Positions 28,536 to 43,409 of a stretch of 64,000 bases of DNA are shown one piece after another. The stretch spans positions 366,668,001-366,732,000 of the forward strand of contig OZ024741.1 in the NCBI GenBank assembly GCA_964016885.1. The letters are read 5' to 3'. Numbering within the stretch: position 1 is the first letter of the stretch; each line of letters starts with the position of its first letter. The stretch comes from Eledone cirrhosa (lineage: Eukaryota). A program made the position numbers and the translations under genes. A model generated the notes under the pieces. That model did not search any database and was not told where the DNA came from. It saw only the letters and a program-made list of their open reading frames with translations.

Positions 28536-28638
28536 AAAGTTCTATTTAAATTGTTGGGATGCAACAAGCAAATATTTTTATAACTGATATAAAGCACTCG
28601 ACATAGTTTTATAAATATAGTTTCCATTTGTTAATATC

Positions 28639-28707
<69 letters not shown>

Positions 28708-28711
<4 letters not shown>

Positions 28712-28918
28712 AAAAAAGAGTCAGGACCCCGACGGCTGAGCTCCGGGCGTTTCGACAGCTAGCTGGCGTCCAAACAGCGTCCGGATATAGCTGTCGAAAC
28801 GGCCGGAGGTCAGCTGTCGGGGTCCTGACTATTTTCCTATTACCCACTCTACTACCCTAAGTATCGAGTACTCTGGCGCGTTATGATCCACCTGGTTTCT
28901 TACCACATTTTCTTTGTT
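28708..28918 (+). mobile_element. Family A fold-back element (diverged)
   Basis: Imperfect palindrome 28708-28839 plus the same tail; (TA)n flanks. A tail-only fragment is at 5341-5414 (-). Confidence 0.85.
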
Positions 28919-30819
28919 ATATATATATGAATATATATGTATGTGTGTCTGTGTGTTTGTGTGCGTGTGTGTGTGTGTGTTTGAGAGTATACATATATAT
29001 ATGCAGACGAGTTCGTGACTGTTTGAGCGTCTGTGTGTAGGTGTGTATGTGTGGCTTTACGTGTTATTGTATGAGTTCATGTCTCTACGCAAGTAGTAAA
29101 GAAGCCGTCTGGATGAGATAAAGCCGTCGTACATTCAGAATGGTTCAAGGTCGTGAGTTCGTATTCGAAGCAGGTGGCTACTTGTTATCGATGTATTGAA
29201 CACTACCTAACTTAGATAAATGCTCTTGTGTTTTTTTTGTTTTTGTTTTTGTTTTGTTTTTTTATCTTTTTTTTTTTTTGCTTTTTAATGAATCATCAAC
29301 AATATAACATTAGATACACAGGAGAAATAAATCGATTGAATATTTGCGTCTGGAATGCTTTGATCATAACTCTGGCTCAGATAAGCTGATGGCTGATGGA
29401 ATAGCTACGACTGGAACGGCTTTGCCTCAGAAAATCTGAGCTAAACAACAAAAGAAAGATCAGCTACAGCAACATTATGTCGTCGTTTATTTTGTCACAT
29501 AGAATAGGTACAAGTTGTTGTGTGAAAATGAATGTGTACTTAATAAAAATTAAATATACATAACATATTGTATATGGGGTCTATATACGCTTTTATCTTG
29601 AATTAGATGTTACTCTGTTGTAAGAGGCCAGGTCTCCTCTCAAGTTGTGGAGGCGCTTAAAAGAATCATGGTCACTGCCCTTCCCGTCCTGACTAAACAG
29701 TAGAATAAAAACTTGATGAATATGGCTAATATATATCACTAATAGAGCAGTGGGTGAGCAGAATCGATAGATTGTTGAGGAAAAAATTACATGAATTATT
29801 TGTTCTGGTGTTGTACATTCTGAGTTCGAATCTCGCCGAGGTCAGATTTGCATTTTATCATTCTAGCGTCGATAAAATAAAGTACCAGTTAAGCTCTGGG
29901 GCCGATAAAATCGACTTCGAAATTTTCTGGTCTTGTGTCTAAATTAGAAAATAATATGTATCGCTAACTCCTGAACAACTATAGCGGTTGAAAGCACGTG
30001 ACCTAATGGTTAGGGTTTTGATCTTACGATCGTAATGTCGTTAGTTCGATTCTTGGACCGAGTAGCGCGTTGTGTTCTTGAGCAAAACATTTCATTTCAC
30101 GTTTCTCCAGTTCACTCAGCCGAAAATGAGAATCAGCAGTAGCTAATAGTTAATCCAAAGATAATCCTATACTCTCAGTCACTTAAAGAAATGAAACTGG
30201 CTTGGGATAGACTTTAACTATAACTTTAACAATCATAGCGACAGAAACATATGGCATCTTTGGTGTTCAAACCATTTACCTATTTAGTACAATCGGGATG
30301 GAGCCCTGCAAGTTGGACTGTCTCTTTCACTGCACCTCCTTCGCTATTCTCCGAACCAACGCGTTCGCCATTTTGTTCGCCGAGAACATGAAGCAACAAT
30401 TATCTGATATTTTTTACAAAAGAGATAAGATGCAACCATCCATGAGACTGTATAGAGATTAGAGTGATCTCTTTTTATACTCGTTAACACAGAAATCAAT
30501 ATACCCTTCTTGAAATATTGACATAAAACCGACCAAGAATTGAGTGATGAAAAAGATGAGAGAAAGTGTAAGAAAGAGTAAAAGAAAAATCTAGTCACCC
30601 ACTATTGAGTTCATATGACTCGACGACATACACAAACAAATTCCATATATAATTAATTTTTATTAACATTTCTTAATTATCAGCCTTTCCTATTTGACAA
30701 GATTTAGTCATTTAGATAATGAACGTTCTCATCACCAATGATGTACTTTTTATAGCATAAAAAATGTCTTGGCTTACTATAGCAAGTATGCTGGCAGCAA
30801 CATATATATATATATATAT

Positions 30820-31324
30820 GTAGATAAATCTACCAAAATATACGGTAATGTCCAATCCGTATGAAGAACTCAATGTAATCCAAATATCATGAAAAGAGAA
30901 GATGTACTCAAAAAAATTTTTGATGAAAATCACAGGAAAACAGAGTCAAGATAACTTAATATAAACAATGAATAAAACCAAATAAACAGTTCCTTATATT
31001 AAAAAATTCATCATTTTACGATCGTTTCTAGGATATATATGTGTGTTGGTATGTATATCATATAGATCTATGTAAAAGTTTTACAAACTATCAGAGGGAA
31101 TATACATACCTAGACATATATATGCTGTCTTCAGAAATAATTATTTCTGAAGACAGCATATATATGTCTAGGTATGTATATTCCCTCTGATAGTTTGTAA
31201 AACTTTTACATAGATCTATATGATATACATACCAACACACATATATATCCTAGAAACGATCGTAAAATGATGAATTTTTTAATATAAGGAACTGTTTCTT
31301 TGTTTTTATTCATTGTTTTTATTA

Positions 31325-31325
<1 letters not shown>
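30820..31325. mobile_element. Family G short fold-back element: ~185-bp arms, zero spacer at 31140/31141, tail 30820-30955
   Basis: Near-perfect palindrome centred on gaaataa|ttatttc. HHR on + at 31141-31270 (CTGAAGA 31147, GAAACGATCGTA 31253-31264). Both ends lie in (TA)n. Confidence 0.85.
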
Positions 31326-31393
<68 letters not shown>

Positions 31394-31591
31394 TATATGT
31401 GTGTGTGTGTGTGTGCGCGCGTATGTGTGTGTATGTACGTGTATATATATATATATATATATTTATTTATATATATATATGTATATATATATATACACAC
31501 ACACACATATGATAAAGAATCGAAATGGTTGAAGTTTAATAGAATGGCTTACACATCTTTAAATCATATATACATATATACATACATAAAT

Positions 31592-31644
<53 letters not shown>

Positions 31645-32015
31645 AAAGAATATGAAGGTTAAAATAAAATAGATAAATAACAATAATAATCATAACAACA
31701 ACAATATGTTTTCATTTTAACAACCTGCTTTCTATTAGGACAATGAGCAGAAAAAGTAATGATAAAAACTTTAACACTTTACAAACGAAGAAGCAAATAT
31801 AAAACCAATGAAAGGCAAACGGGCTATTCCAATGTATAAAAAATAATAAGGATTTCATTAAGATATGTTTTGTATTTTTCCTCATATGTAGATACTTTGG
31901 GGTGGCCTTAGTCGTGATGGCTAAAATAAAATAAAAGGACATTTTAATACACGGACAATACAGATAGCAAAGACAAATATCTGTGGATGATCATAAATGT
32001 ATTTGTGAGTGTACG

Positions 32016-32084
<69 letters not shown>

Positions 32085-32369
32085 GTGTGTGTGTGTGTGC
32101 TTGTGAGTGGGTGGGTGTACCGTATATTACAAAAAGGATTTAAGACAACCGGTCCAATGTTGTCAAACGAAAACCATTCGTTTTACAAACTCTTTCCATC
32201 GAAACATTCGGTCTAATGTCTCAAATCATTTGATTAAATCCCGAGTTCTAATCCCGACAAATGACTTTACTTTTCAACAGTATGGGGTCTATAAAATCAA
32301 TTATATTCATGTGCTCCAAATCCCGGAATTACATTACTTGTTCCTATGTTGATAATCAATATAACACGG

Positions 32370-33512
32370 AGGTGGTGGGGCTGTGGATTGAAGACAGAAA
32401 TGCTAGAGAGACATATGGCTCTTTAAATCCTATGTTCAAATCCCGTAAAGGTTGACTTTGTTTTTCATCCTTTCGTGGTGTCGTTAAAACAAAATAAAAT
32501 TAAATTAAATTAAATTCAAGTAAAGTTCTGAAGAAAATTTAAACAACTGATTTCTCCCATATGAATCTAAATCGTTGCGTCAATGTTTAAGTATTATTGT
32601 TATTATAGAACGATTAATTGAGAGGATTAATAGGGCAGCTAACGAAATGCCCGGAAAGTGTTGTTTAGTTATCTCCCTTTAAATTTCTCACTTCAAATTC
32701 CAGCAACTTTGACTTTGCCTGCCTTTAATCCTTTCGGGGGTTTATAAAATAGGAACAAGTTATGTACACGTTGGTCGATATAATCGACTTGTGCCTAACT
32801 TAGAAAATATTACTATCATTGTTTTACTTTGCCTTTCATCCTTCCGGAGTCGTTAGTACCAGTAAAGTATTGAGGCCAATATAATTGACTTCCCCCTCTC
32901 CCCAAATTGCTGGCTTTTGGGCCTAAATTAGAAACCATTACTATTGTTACTTCTGGGTCGACAAAACCAAGCACCAGTTAAGTACTCGTGTCGGTATGAT
33001 CGACTTACCCCTCCCGCCCTTAAATATTATGGCGTTGAGCCTAAATCTTTATTATAATTTTTATTATTATTATTATTAATATTATTATTAAGAGCGATGG
33101 ATTGGCAGTATCGGTAGAGGGTGGGACGCCATGCTTTTCAGTATTGAGTTACGCCCCTTTACGGCCTGAGTTCAAATCCCGTCGAGGTTAACTTTGCCTT
33201 TCATCCTTACGAGGTCGATAAAATAAAGTACCAGTAACGTAGTGGGTCGATTTAATCGATTTTCCCCTCCCCCAAAATTGCTGGCTTTGTGCCTATATAA
33301 GAAACCATTATTATTAAGGGCGGTGGATTGGCAGTATCAGTAGAGGGTCGAACACCATGCTTTGCAGCATGGAGTTACGGCCCTTTCTGGTCTGAGTTCA
33401 AATCCCGCCGGGGTTAACTTTGCCTTTCATCCTTACGAGGTCGATAAAATAAAATACCAGTAATACACTGGGATAATTGCTGGCCTTGTGCCAAAAGTAG
33501 AAACAATTATTA
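32370..33512 (+). mobile_element. Co-oriented stack of SINE family 1 copies (best preserved 33092-33312 and 33317-33512)
   Basis: At least five successive core motifs. Confidence 0.82.
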
Positions 33513-33707
33513 TCATTATTATTACTGGTTCTAGTGAACCAGCCAAATAATATGCACTGATAATTATTCTGGTGATGATTTGTTTGTCCGTTCGTTTATT
33601 ATATTCTGTCATTCCATGTTGGATTTGTTTACTCGTAAAAAAAAATCAAGACTTTATGTCTGCCTCCATGAACGCAATAAAGAAGAAAAGACAAATATAT
33701 ATAGATA

Positions 33708-33776
<69 letters not shown>

Positions 33777-34863
33777 ATATGTAACAAACAACAAAAAAAC
33801 ATTATATTAGACTCTTTTATCACACGACTGACGTCAAACGCGTTGTCTTCTCTAAATATTGGAATTCTTTTCGATTTGGAATTGGTTTCTTATTTCTTCA
33901 TCTTCACACTAACGTTGTTTTTCCTCTTTTTCCTCTTTTTCATCTTCTTGCTCTTCTTCATCTTCTTCTTCATGTCCATTCTATCTCTATATACGTATGT
34001 CTAAGAATCTATTTATCTAAAAAAATCTCTCTAAAATTCTAGCTGTCTCTCTATCTATCCGTCTTTCTAGCTATCTGTCTGTATGTGTATTGAGTAATCT
34101 ATCAATTTATCTAGCTGTCTGTCTATGTATTGAATAATCTAGTTGTCTATATATCTACTTATCTATCTATTTATCTAGCTGTCTATCTTTCCATCTATCT
34201 ACATATCTATCCATCTATCCATTTGTCTATTTAACAATCCATCTACGTAACGTCTACCTATATATAATTGTCCATCTATCTATCTATCAATATATCTATC
34301 TATCTATCAATATATCTATCTATCTATCTATCTGTCTGTCTATTTATCAATCCATCCGTCTATCAATCCATCTAAATCTATCTCAGTGTGTCTATATATC
34401 TATCGATTTGTATGTCCCCCTATTCGTCTCTCTATCAATCTACGTCTCTCAATCTCTCTATATCTCAGTGCATCTATTTGTCTGTTTGTCTACCTATCGA
34501 TCTATCTATCTATTTATCTATCTATCTATCAAACTGTCTATCTATCAAATCAATCTATATATCTATCGATCTATCTGTCCATCTTCCATCTATCCTTCTA
34601 GCTTGATGGACCAATATTTTCCAATTTCAACCTCAATCAATACAATTCTCTTGTTTGTATATCACTAATTAACTTTTTTTACAGTACAATATTTGTGCAA
34701 TGTGATTAAATATTGGAATTATATTAATATATACATTATCACACACACACTCACACACACAAACACATTTATATATATGTGTGTGTGGGTGTGTACGTAT
34801 ATATATATATATATAAATATAAATATGTGTATATATATTTATAGATATGTATATGTGTGTATG

Positions 34864-34910
<47 letters not shown>

Positions 34911-34912
<2 letters not shown>

Positions 34913-35131
34913 TTTATTAAGGCTAAATAGTGAGTCTTGTTACTGCGGAGTTTCGCCTGTTAATCACAGGGTCATTAGACAAGAACTCTTGGCTGATGAC
35001 GCTATGATAAATACGCGAAACTGTAGCGTAACCAGACTCACTATTTAGCCTTAATAAAAATTTTATTGAATATTAAAACTCTACTTCGGTATTGAGTAGT
35101 CTTTTCTCTCAGCCGTCAACCACATACGGAT
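34911..35131 (+). mobile_element. Family F fold-back element with HHR motif
   Basis: Inverted arms 34911-~34978 / ~34993-35060. CTGATGA at 34993 ... GAAAC at 35017 ... GTA at 35028. The tail ends cacatacgga then (TA)n. Confidence 0.82.
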
Positions 35132-35531
35132 ATATATATATATATATATACAAATTCATACATATATATATATATATACGCACGTACATACATACATTTA
35201 TAAATATGCATATATATTTATATATATATATTATTTGTTTATACAACTGAGATTTGGTTGTAGACACAAAGAGAAACACTTTCTCTACTTCGTTATTAAA
35301 GAAAATCCCAACATTAAAATACTTTCTTTGTAAACTAATCACAAGTTTGGATTATTATTATTGATATCTGATTTTTTTTTTATTTGTTTTTGTTCGTTTT
35401 TTTTGTTTTTTGTTCAAATTTTTACTGTTAAATTAAAATTATTAAAATAAAATTTAAAAATAAAAATAAAAAAGATCAGAAAAAAATCATAATACATTTA
35501 TCACCTCTTGTTTTGGATGTTGATGTTTTCC

Positions 35532-35535
35532 CTAC

Positions 35536-35578
<43 letters not shown>

Positions 35579-35935
35579 GCTACTAATACTGCTACTAATA
35601 CTAATACTACTGCTACCACCACCACCACCACCACCACTACTACTACTACTAACACCACCACCACAACCACCACTACTACTACCACCACCATCACTATTGC
35701 TACTACCACCACCACCACGACTACCACAACTACTACTACTACCACCATCACCCCCACCACCACCACCACTACTACTACTACCATCACCCCCACCACCACC
35801 ACCACTACTACTACTACCATCACCCCCACCACCACCACCACTACTACTACTACCATCACCCCCACCACCACCACCACTACTACTACTACCATCACCCCCA
35901 CCACCACCACCACCACTACTACTACTACTACACCT
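35532..35935. repeat. (ACT/ACC)n tract with a 36-bp higher-order unit x ~5
   Basis: Unit accatcacccccaccaccaccaccactactactact repeated at ~35744-35930. Confidence 0.9.
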
Positions 35936-36794
35936 ACTGTTGTCGTTGTTCATGATATTGTCGTTGTTTGATGTTCTTGTCATTTAGCCACCCCACGCTC
36001 CGTTCGGTCAGGCCTGACCGTTTTTCCCTTCTGACAAAAACTGCCTATCTAATGCTACATTACCCAATGTCCCTCTCCTTTTAGTGAGGGTGATAGTGGT
36101 GTAATTTGTGATTTTAGGAAGATCTGGTTATTATTTCCAGAAAATCGATCGACCACGTACAAACACTCGTGTTGGTTAAGTGTTGAAGTTAATGTTGCTG
36201 ATGTTGTTATTGGCGTTTGTCTAAAACAAACCACCTAGCAGCAGTCTGGTATTTACTCAAAACTAGCTATTAGATTTTACCATGTCTAACTTCAATTATA
36301 ACTTTAAGAAGTTATGGTAATATTTTGTTAATTTATAAAGAAATCCTGGTGATGGATCGACAGATTCGTTAAAGTATCGGACGAAACGTCTACGTCATTT
36401 AGTTACGACCCTAGGCGCTCTGAATTCAAACCTGGGCCGAAGTCAACTTTGTATTTCAAGTAGTTTATAATACAGTATATTAGTATAGCCAAGGTCATCT
36501 TTGCTGTTCAAATAGCATCAATATACTATAATTATATAATGTTAGCATGCAAAATTCTTGAATGTTGGAGATAGATTAGTAAAATTCAATAAGTGAGCGG
36601 CTTGAAAAAATCTGAAAAATTAATAAGCTGCAGGGTGGGGTACGATAATTCAAGACCCGAGAGTACTGAGTCGATATAAACTACTGTTTACTTCTTTCCC
36701 AAATTTCTGAACTTGTGCCAATTTTAGAAACTGTATTTAGTTCCGATGTTTTACATTCTGAGTTCGTATCCAGGACATATTAATTTTACCATTA

Positions 36795-36990
36795 TTGGGC
36801 ACTTCGCTGGTTCCGGTGATGTGCGTTCCAATTGTTTGATCAATGGAGCAGCCTGCTTGTGAAATTAACGTATAACTAGCTGAGTATTCCGCAGATACGT
36901 ATACCTCTGACGTAGTTCTTAAGGAGATTCGGTGTAACACAGTGTGTGACAAGGTTGGCTTTTTAAATTGCAGGTACAACTCATTTTGGC
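36795..36990 (-). repeat. Dispersed repeat family 3 (probable SINE/LINE 3' portion)
   Basis: Motif ctgtggaatactcagc..cacgttaatttcac.agcaggctgttcc recurs at ~3860-4070, 4975-5150, 17205-17400 and 39290-39590. Confidence 0.65.
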
Positions 36991-37014
36991 CTTCTAAAAC
37001 GTTATTATATACAA

Positions 37015-39000
37015 GGTGGGCTGGCAGTATCGGTAGAGCGTCAGACACCATGCTTTGCAGCATAGAGTTATGGCCCTTTACGTTCTGAGTTCAAAATCCT
37101 GCCGAGGTTAGCTTTACCTTTCATCTCATCCCTACGGGTCGATAAAATAAAGAACCAGTAATGCACTGGGGTCAATTTAATCTACTTTCCCCTCTCCTCC
37201 CCCTTCAAATTGTTGGCCTTGTGCCTAAAGTAGAAACAATTATATCAATTAAAGTAATCATGACGATGGATTGAGAGGATCGTTAAAAGGTCGTAGAAAA
37301 TAACGGCGATGTTTAGTTATGAGCCTTTACATTCCGAGTTTATATCCTGGCCAGATCAACTTTGCCATTATACAAACTTAACTACATTACTTTAATATTA
37401 TGTTATGATGTGGAAATTAAAGCAACGAATTGACTGAGTCGTTGAAATGACTGGAGAGAATGATATGTGATATTCCGTCTCTATCTTCTGAGTTCAAATA
37501 CCACCGAGCTCAACTTTGCCTTTCATCCTTTCAAGGTTGATAAAAAAACAAAGTACCAATCCAGTACTGGAGATTATTTCTCTTTCTCTAAGGGCGGTGG
37601 ATTGGCAGTATCGGTAGAGAGTCGGACACCATGCTTTGCAGCATAGAGTTACGGTCCTTTACAGTCTGAGTTCAAATCCCGCCGAGGTTAACTTTTCCTT
37701 TCATCCTTACGGGGGTTGATAAAATAAAGTACCAGTAATGCATTGGGGTCGATTTAATCGACTTTCTCCTTCCCCCAAATTACTGGCCTTGTTCCTATAC
37801 TAAAAATCATTATTTCTCTTTCTCACATCCTCTCTTGATCTCTTTTACTCTTTCTTGGGACAAAAAGGACTGTTGTGTTCAGACATGGAGAGAGATGAAC
37901 TCCACTAGATATAAATGCAAAAGGCATATCTTATATCAGAGTTAAGGGCCCACGTATGTATGTTATTGGGTTGTCGAGTATGAAATTTGTAGAAATTTGT
38001 TTTTTTTCTACAAATTTCTACAAATTTCATACTTGACGACCCAATAAAATCATGGTAGTGCATTGACCGGATCATAGAGCAACGAATAAAATGTATGTGA
38101 TATTTAGTTACGTCTTTGTCCGTCCTTCTGCGTTCTAAACTTAAATCCTGCTTAGATCAATTTTGCCATTTACCCTTCCGGATTCGATAAAATAAACCAC
38201 CTACCAAAAACTGGGATTGTTCATCATCGAATATACTCTCCCCTAAAAATGTCGAGGCTTTCCATTGCACATACATTAAAGTTCTTTATTTAAAACATTC
38301 TTATTTACCTTGTTGTTTACCTAATGACTAATAAGGACTCCATGGAGAATTATATTGCATTTCATCCTACCAAATTGATAAAATAAAATATCAATTATGT
38401 TCTAAGATGTCATTTAATCGATTCTAATCCTTAACCAAAGAGTAGGGGGGGGGGCAATGTTAGGAGCTTTTATTTCTGAGTTCAAATGCTGCCGAGACTA
38501 GCTTCGCCCTTCATCCTTGTGAGGTATCTATAAAGTAAAGTAGCAATCAAGTACTGGGATCGATATAATCGACTGTCCCTCCCCTTTAACTTGCTGGCAT
38601 TTTTTCTAAATAAGAAACCATTATTACTGTCAAATATGAATTGGCAGTATCGGTAGAGTCGGACGCCATGCTTTGCAGCATAGAGTTATGGTCCTTTGCG
38701 TTCTTAGTTCAAAATCCCGCCAAGGTTAACTTTGCCTTTCATCCTTACGGGGTCGATAAAATAAAGCACCAGTAATGTACTGGGGTCGATTTAATCGACT
38801 CTCCCCTCCCACCAATATTACTGGCCTTGTGTCTATACTAGAAATCATTATTACTGTCAAATATTGTGGAAGTCGGTTTTTCCTTTCATTCATCCAACGT
38901 ATCGATAAAATAGACTATCAGTCAATTATTAGGTTGATTTAATTGATTATCCCCCTTCTCCTAAATGTGTAGCTGTGTGCCTATATTACAAACGATTGCT
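37015..39000 (+). mobile_element. Co-oriented stack of SINE family 1 copies (e.g. 37015-37243, 37590-37813, 38635-38855)
   Basis: Repeated head/core/tail motifs of varying decay. Confidence 0.82.
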
Positions 39001-40459
39001 GTTATCTTTATTATGAAGGGAAAGGTAGAGAGGAAGTGCTTCCCTCCAGTAAATTTCCTGTAATATGGGAGGAAGGGACGAAATCAGTGTGGGTAAATGC
39101 TCTGAATACCCAGCTGTAGGATAATGATAAGGATAGACGCCGGCATAGTTATGTGGTTAACAGGTCCGCTTCACAAGTATGGAGTCCAGGGTTCGATCTT
39201 ACTGTGTGGCAACTTGAGTAAATGTATTTACTATAAACCTAGGTTGACTCGAGCCTTGTGAGTGAAATTGGGTAGACTGAAACTGTGTAGAAGCCCGTCA
39301 GATGGGTAGATTTTACCTGTAATTCAAATATAACATAAGGGACATAGGTCACATATTGTCACACTGACTTGGCTTCAGGAATTTCGTTAAGGTGTTTGTG
39401 AAATGTTCAGCCACAAATTCATTAACCATGACCTGGACATTCAGTTGATTGAACAAATGAATGCACATCATCGAATTAAGGGTACATGTGTCTGTGGAAT
39501 ACTCAGCCACTTACAATCTAATTCATGAGATGGGCGTTAGGTTGAGCGAACGGCCGAATGTTCATCATGGAAAACGATGGAGAATCTTCCATGATCAGTG
39601 GCAAAAACTGGAAGAAATAATTAACATTGGTATTTCAAAGTAACAGGGAGTTTTTGTATGTAAAGTGTCATGATAACGGTTCACTTTATGTGGTTGACCT
39701 CCATTTTGAGGGATACTTTTTATTGTTATATTGTTGATTTACTATTTTTTTTTAACATTCACAATTGAGTATTACTTGGTAATATATACCTGGTAGTATA
39801 TACATGCCTTCGCAAAGGCTCTTAGGCGCCTATGTAGGTGCGAGAAGACACAGACACCCTCTCCCTTTTGATCCAGGATGTTACAACTGGAAGGAGAGAG
39901 GTCTGTGCCGATACTGAGCTGGTACTTTCTTTGTCAGCTACGAAAGGATGTAAGTCAAAATAGACCTTGACGGTATTTGAACCCATAGATCCGGAACAAA
40001 TATCAAACGCTCTACTGACTGCCTATATTATTATTTGTTTATTAAATGTTTCTTTGTCATTATTTTTGGTTTTCCTCTTTTACTCCATGTCAATCTTCCC
40101 GACTTTTTGAAGGCACGTAACTTAGTTGTTAGGGTGTTGGACTCATAACCATAGTGTCGTGAGTTCGATCCCCAGACTGAATAGTGCGTTGAGTTCTTGA
40201 ACCAGGCGCTTAATTTTACGTTGAGTATTCATGAGAAGACTAGGGGTCCTATCATTAAAACACCCAATAAACCTTGAAGGACATCAGCTAAACTTACATA
40301 AAATTAGGCGTGAGCAATAAATTTCAACTTCTTTCCATTTCACTCCCCAGCTGGCTTTGTTTTTGTTAATGTTTGCTATTTCGTCTTTGTATTGTTTCTA
40401 ATGTTGGGGTCTTCTTGTGGTCAATAAAGAAACTCATTAATTGCTACTATTATCAGAAA

Positions 40460-41188
40460 AGTGGATTGGCAGTATCGGTAGAGCGTCGGACAACATGTTT
40501 TGCGGCATATAGTTATGGCCCTTTATGTTCTGAGTTCAAATCCCTCCGAGATTAGCTTTGCCTTTCATCCTTATGGGGTTGATGAAATAAAGTACCAGTA
40601 ATTCACTGGAGTCGATTTAAACGACTTTCCCTTTCCCTTGAAATTGCTGGCCTTGTGCTAAAAGTAAAAATAATTATTAATGTTATTATCACATAGACTA
40701 AAAGGGCGGTGGATTGGCAGTATCAGAAGAGAGTCGGAGATAATGCTTTGCAGCATAGAGTTACCACCCTTTATGATCTGAGTTCAAATCCCGCCGAGGC
40801 TAACTTTGCCTTTCATCCTTACGTGGTCGATAAAATAAAGTAGCAGTCACGCACTAGGGTCGATTTAATCGACTTCCCCTTCCCCAAAATGTGCTGGCCT
40901 TGTGCCTATATACGAAACGATTATCACATAAGGTAAAGGTGGTGGAAGTGGTGGTGATGGTGGTTTGGTAGAATCGTCAAGACAGGGAATAAAACGCTTT
41001 GCGATATTTAGTTACATATGATTACCCACCAAGGTCAGTTTTGCTTTTCATAATCAATGGTGGAGGATTAGCAGAATCGTTAGAGCGCCGGACAAAATGC
41101 TTAGGGGTATTTAGTTACGGCCCTTCACTTTCAGAGTGCAAATCCTGCCGAGATAAACTTAGCTTTACATGCTTCTGGAATCGATAAA

Positions 41189-41190
<2 letters not shown>
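40460..41190 (+). mobile_element. SINE family 1 copies (40460-40680, 40703-40925, 41058-41190)
   Basis: Consensus match. Confidence 0.82.
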
Positions 41191-41247
<57 letters not shown>

Positions 41248-41249
<2 letters not shown>

Positions 41250-41432
41250 TTATTCCGAGTTGAATCGGAGGTAACCACAGTAAGTAAGGTACTCAATACA
41301 TAGCAGAGTATAAAAGTTTTAGTATAGAAGTGTTTCATTCGTGAGAAATCATCAGGAAGCTCTTCCAGATGATTTCTCACGAATGAAACAGTTCTAGTCC
41401 TGTAGAAGCTCTTCTATACTAAAACTCTTATA
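41248..41432. mobile_element. Family E fold-back element
   Basis: Same tail (gtaaccacagtaagtaaggtactcaatac) and arms. CTGATGA core on the minus arm; mutated cAgatga on the plus arm. Confidence 0.83.
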
Positions 41433-42025
41433 AATATATATATATATATATGTATATATATTTATATATATATATATACATATCACTCTACTCTCCCTCC
41501 CAAATTGCTGGCCTTGTGCCTAAATTAGAAACCAAAGTAGTATTGTTATAATTACTGCCATTGTCAGTACAGTGGCCTTAAGCCATTTCAAGAAACCATC
41601 AACATCATTATCATGACCATCAGCATCAACGTCATCATCACCAACGTCACCTTCATTCCCATCATCAGCATCATATTCGTCATCATCATTATTGTCATTG
41701 TCATCGTCATCCCCGCCATCGTCCTCGTCAACATTATGATTGTTATTATAGTTAGTGTTATTGTTATTAATATTATTATTAACACATTGACAATAGAGAT
41801 AAATTAGAGCTTACATTTACACATTACCATCAAGCAAATATATATATATATAATTAAATATATATATATATATAAATAAATATATATATATATATATAAA
41901 TAAATAAATATATATATATATAAATAAATATATATATATATAAATAAATAAATATATATATATAAATAAATAAATATATATATATATATAAATAAATAAA
42001 TATATATATATATATATATATATAC

Positions 42026-42162
<137 letters not shown>

Positions 42163-42220
42163 TATATATATCAATGATATTAATAAATGGAGACTATATT
42201 TATAAAACCATATTTATTAC

Positions 42221-42277
<57 letters not shown>

Positions 42278-42483
42278 CAAAGATACCAAAACTTTGGTTC
42301 GCTCTCATCAGATAAAATACAAAATTTGTTTTATAAATAGTGTCATACCCTGGAATCGGACCTAAACGGTTCAAGTTCCGTTTATTAATATCATTGACAT
42401 TACACTCCAGAAAAATCTGTCGAGTGCTTCGAATCTGTTATAAATATATTTGTTGAATTACCAACAAATTAAATATCCCTTTG

Positions 42484-42578
<95 letters not shown>

Positions 42579-42584
42579 ATATAC

Positions 42585-42631
<47 letters not shown>

Positions 42632-42794
42632 TACACAGAGAAAGAGAGATGTGCATGTAGACATAGTACAACAGAAATAATTGATAATGTCATAGACAAT
42701 AGGTCATGTGTTTCTATATATATATATATATATATATATAGACATATTTGTGGGTACATTTCTATACATCATACATGCATATACATAACTATAC

Positions 42795-42886
<92 letters not shown>

Positions 42887-43000
42887 TTATATGAATGTAT
42901 GTATATTATGCATATATGTTTTAAGAAGCAGCATAGTCTATGATAGATATATTCAGGTTTTTACACTTGGATACTTATTCATGCTTTGTGCGTGTGCGTA

Positions 43001-43042
<42 letters not shown>

Positions 43043-43409
43043 CATATATATAAGCATATATATGTATACGTATATATACATATATACATACATGTGCGAT
43101 TACAATTTCATATGTACTATATCATTTATATACAATACATTGTACATAGATACTCATATGTATATATTTAAACTCATGTTAGTTGAATTATATCATACAT
43201 ATAAAAATGGCGTTCAAACAAGTGGTGATACTATACTGTAACACAATAATATCTCATGGTATCCTCGAGCGATATCGATTATTAGCTTGTTAATATACAA
43301 ATATATATATATATATGTGTATTTATATAAACTTTACAATTGCCCTCATAAGCTCTTCTTATCGGAGCGGCTGGCAATGGTAGACTTAACACAGAACCGT
43401 ATATGTATT

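Noticed and set aside
33092-33512. tRNA genes suggested by A and B boxes
   Set aside because: No clean cloverleaf; always followed by the same core and tail, so these are SINE heads.
35476-35987. Mucin-like poly-Thr / poly-Gly-Ser / poly-Val ORFs
   Set aside because: Trinucleotide repeat open in multiple frames, with no supporting non-repetitive coding sequence.
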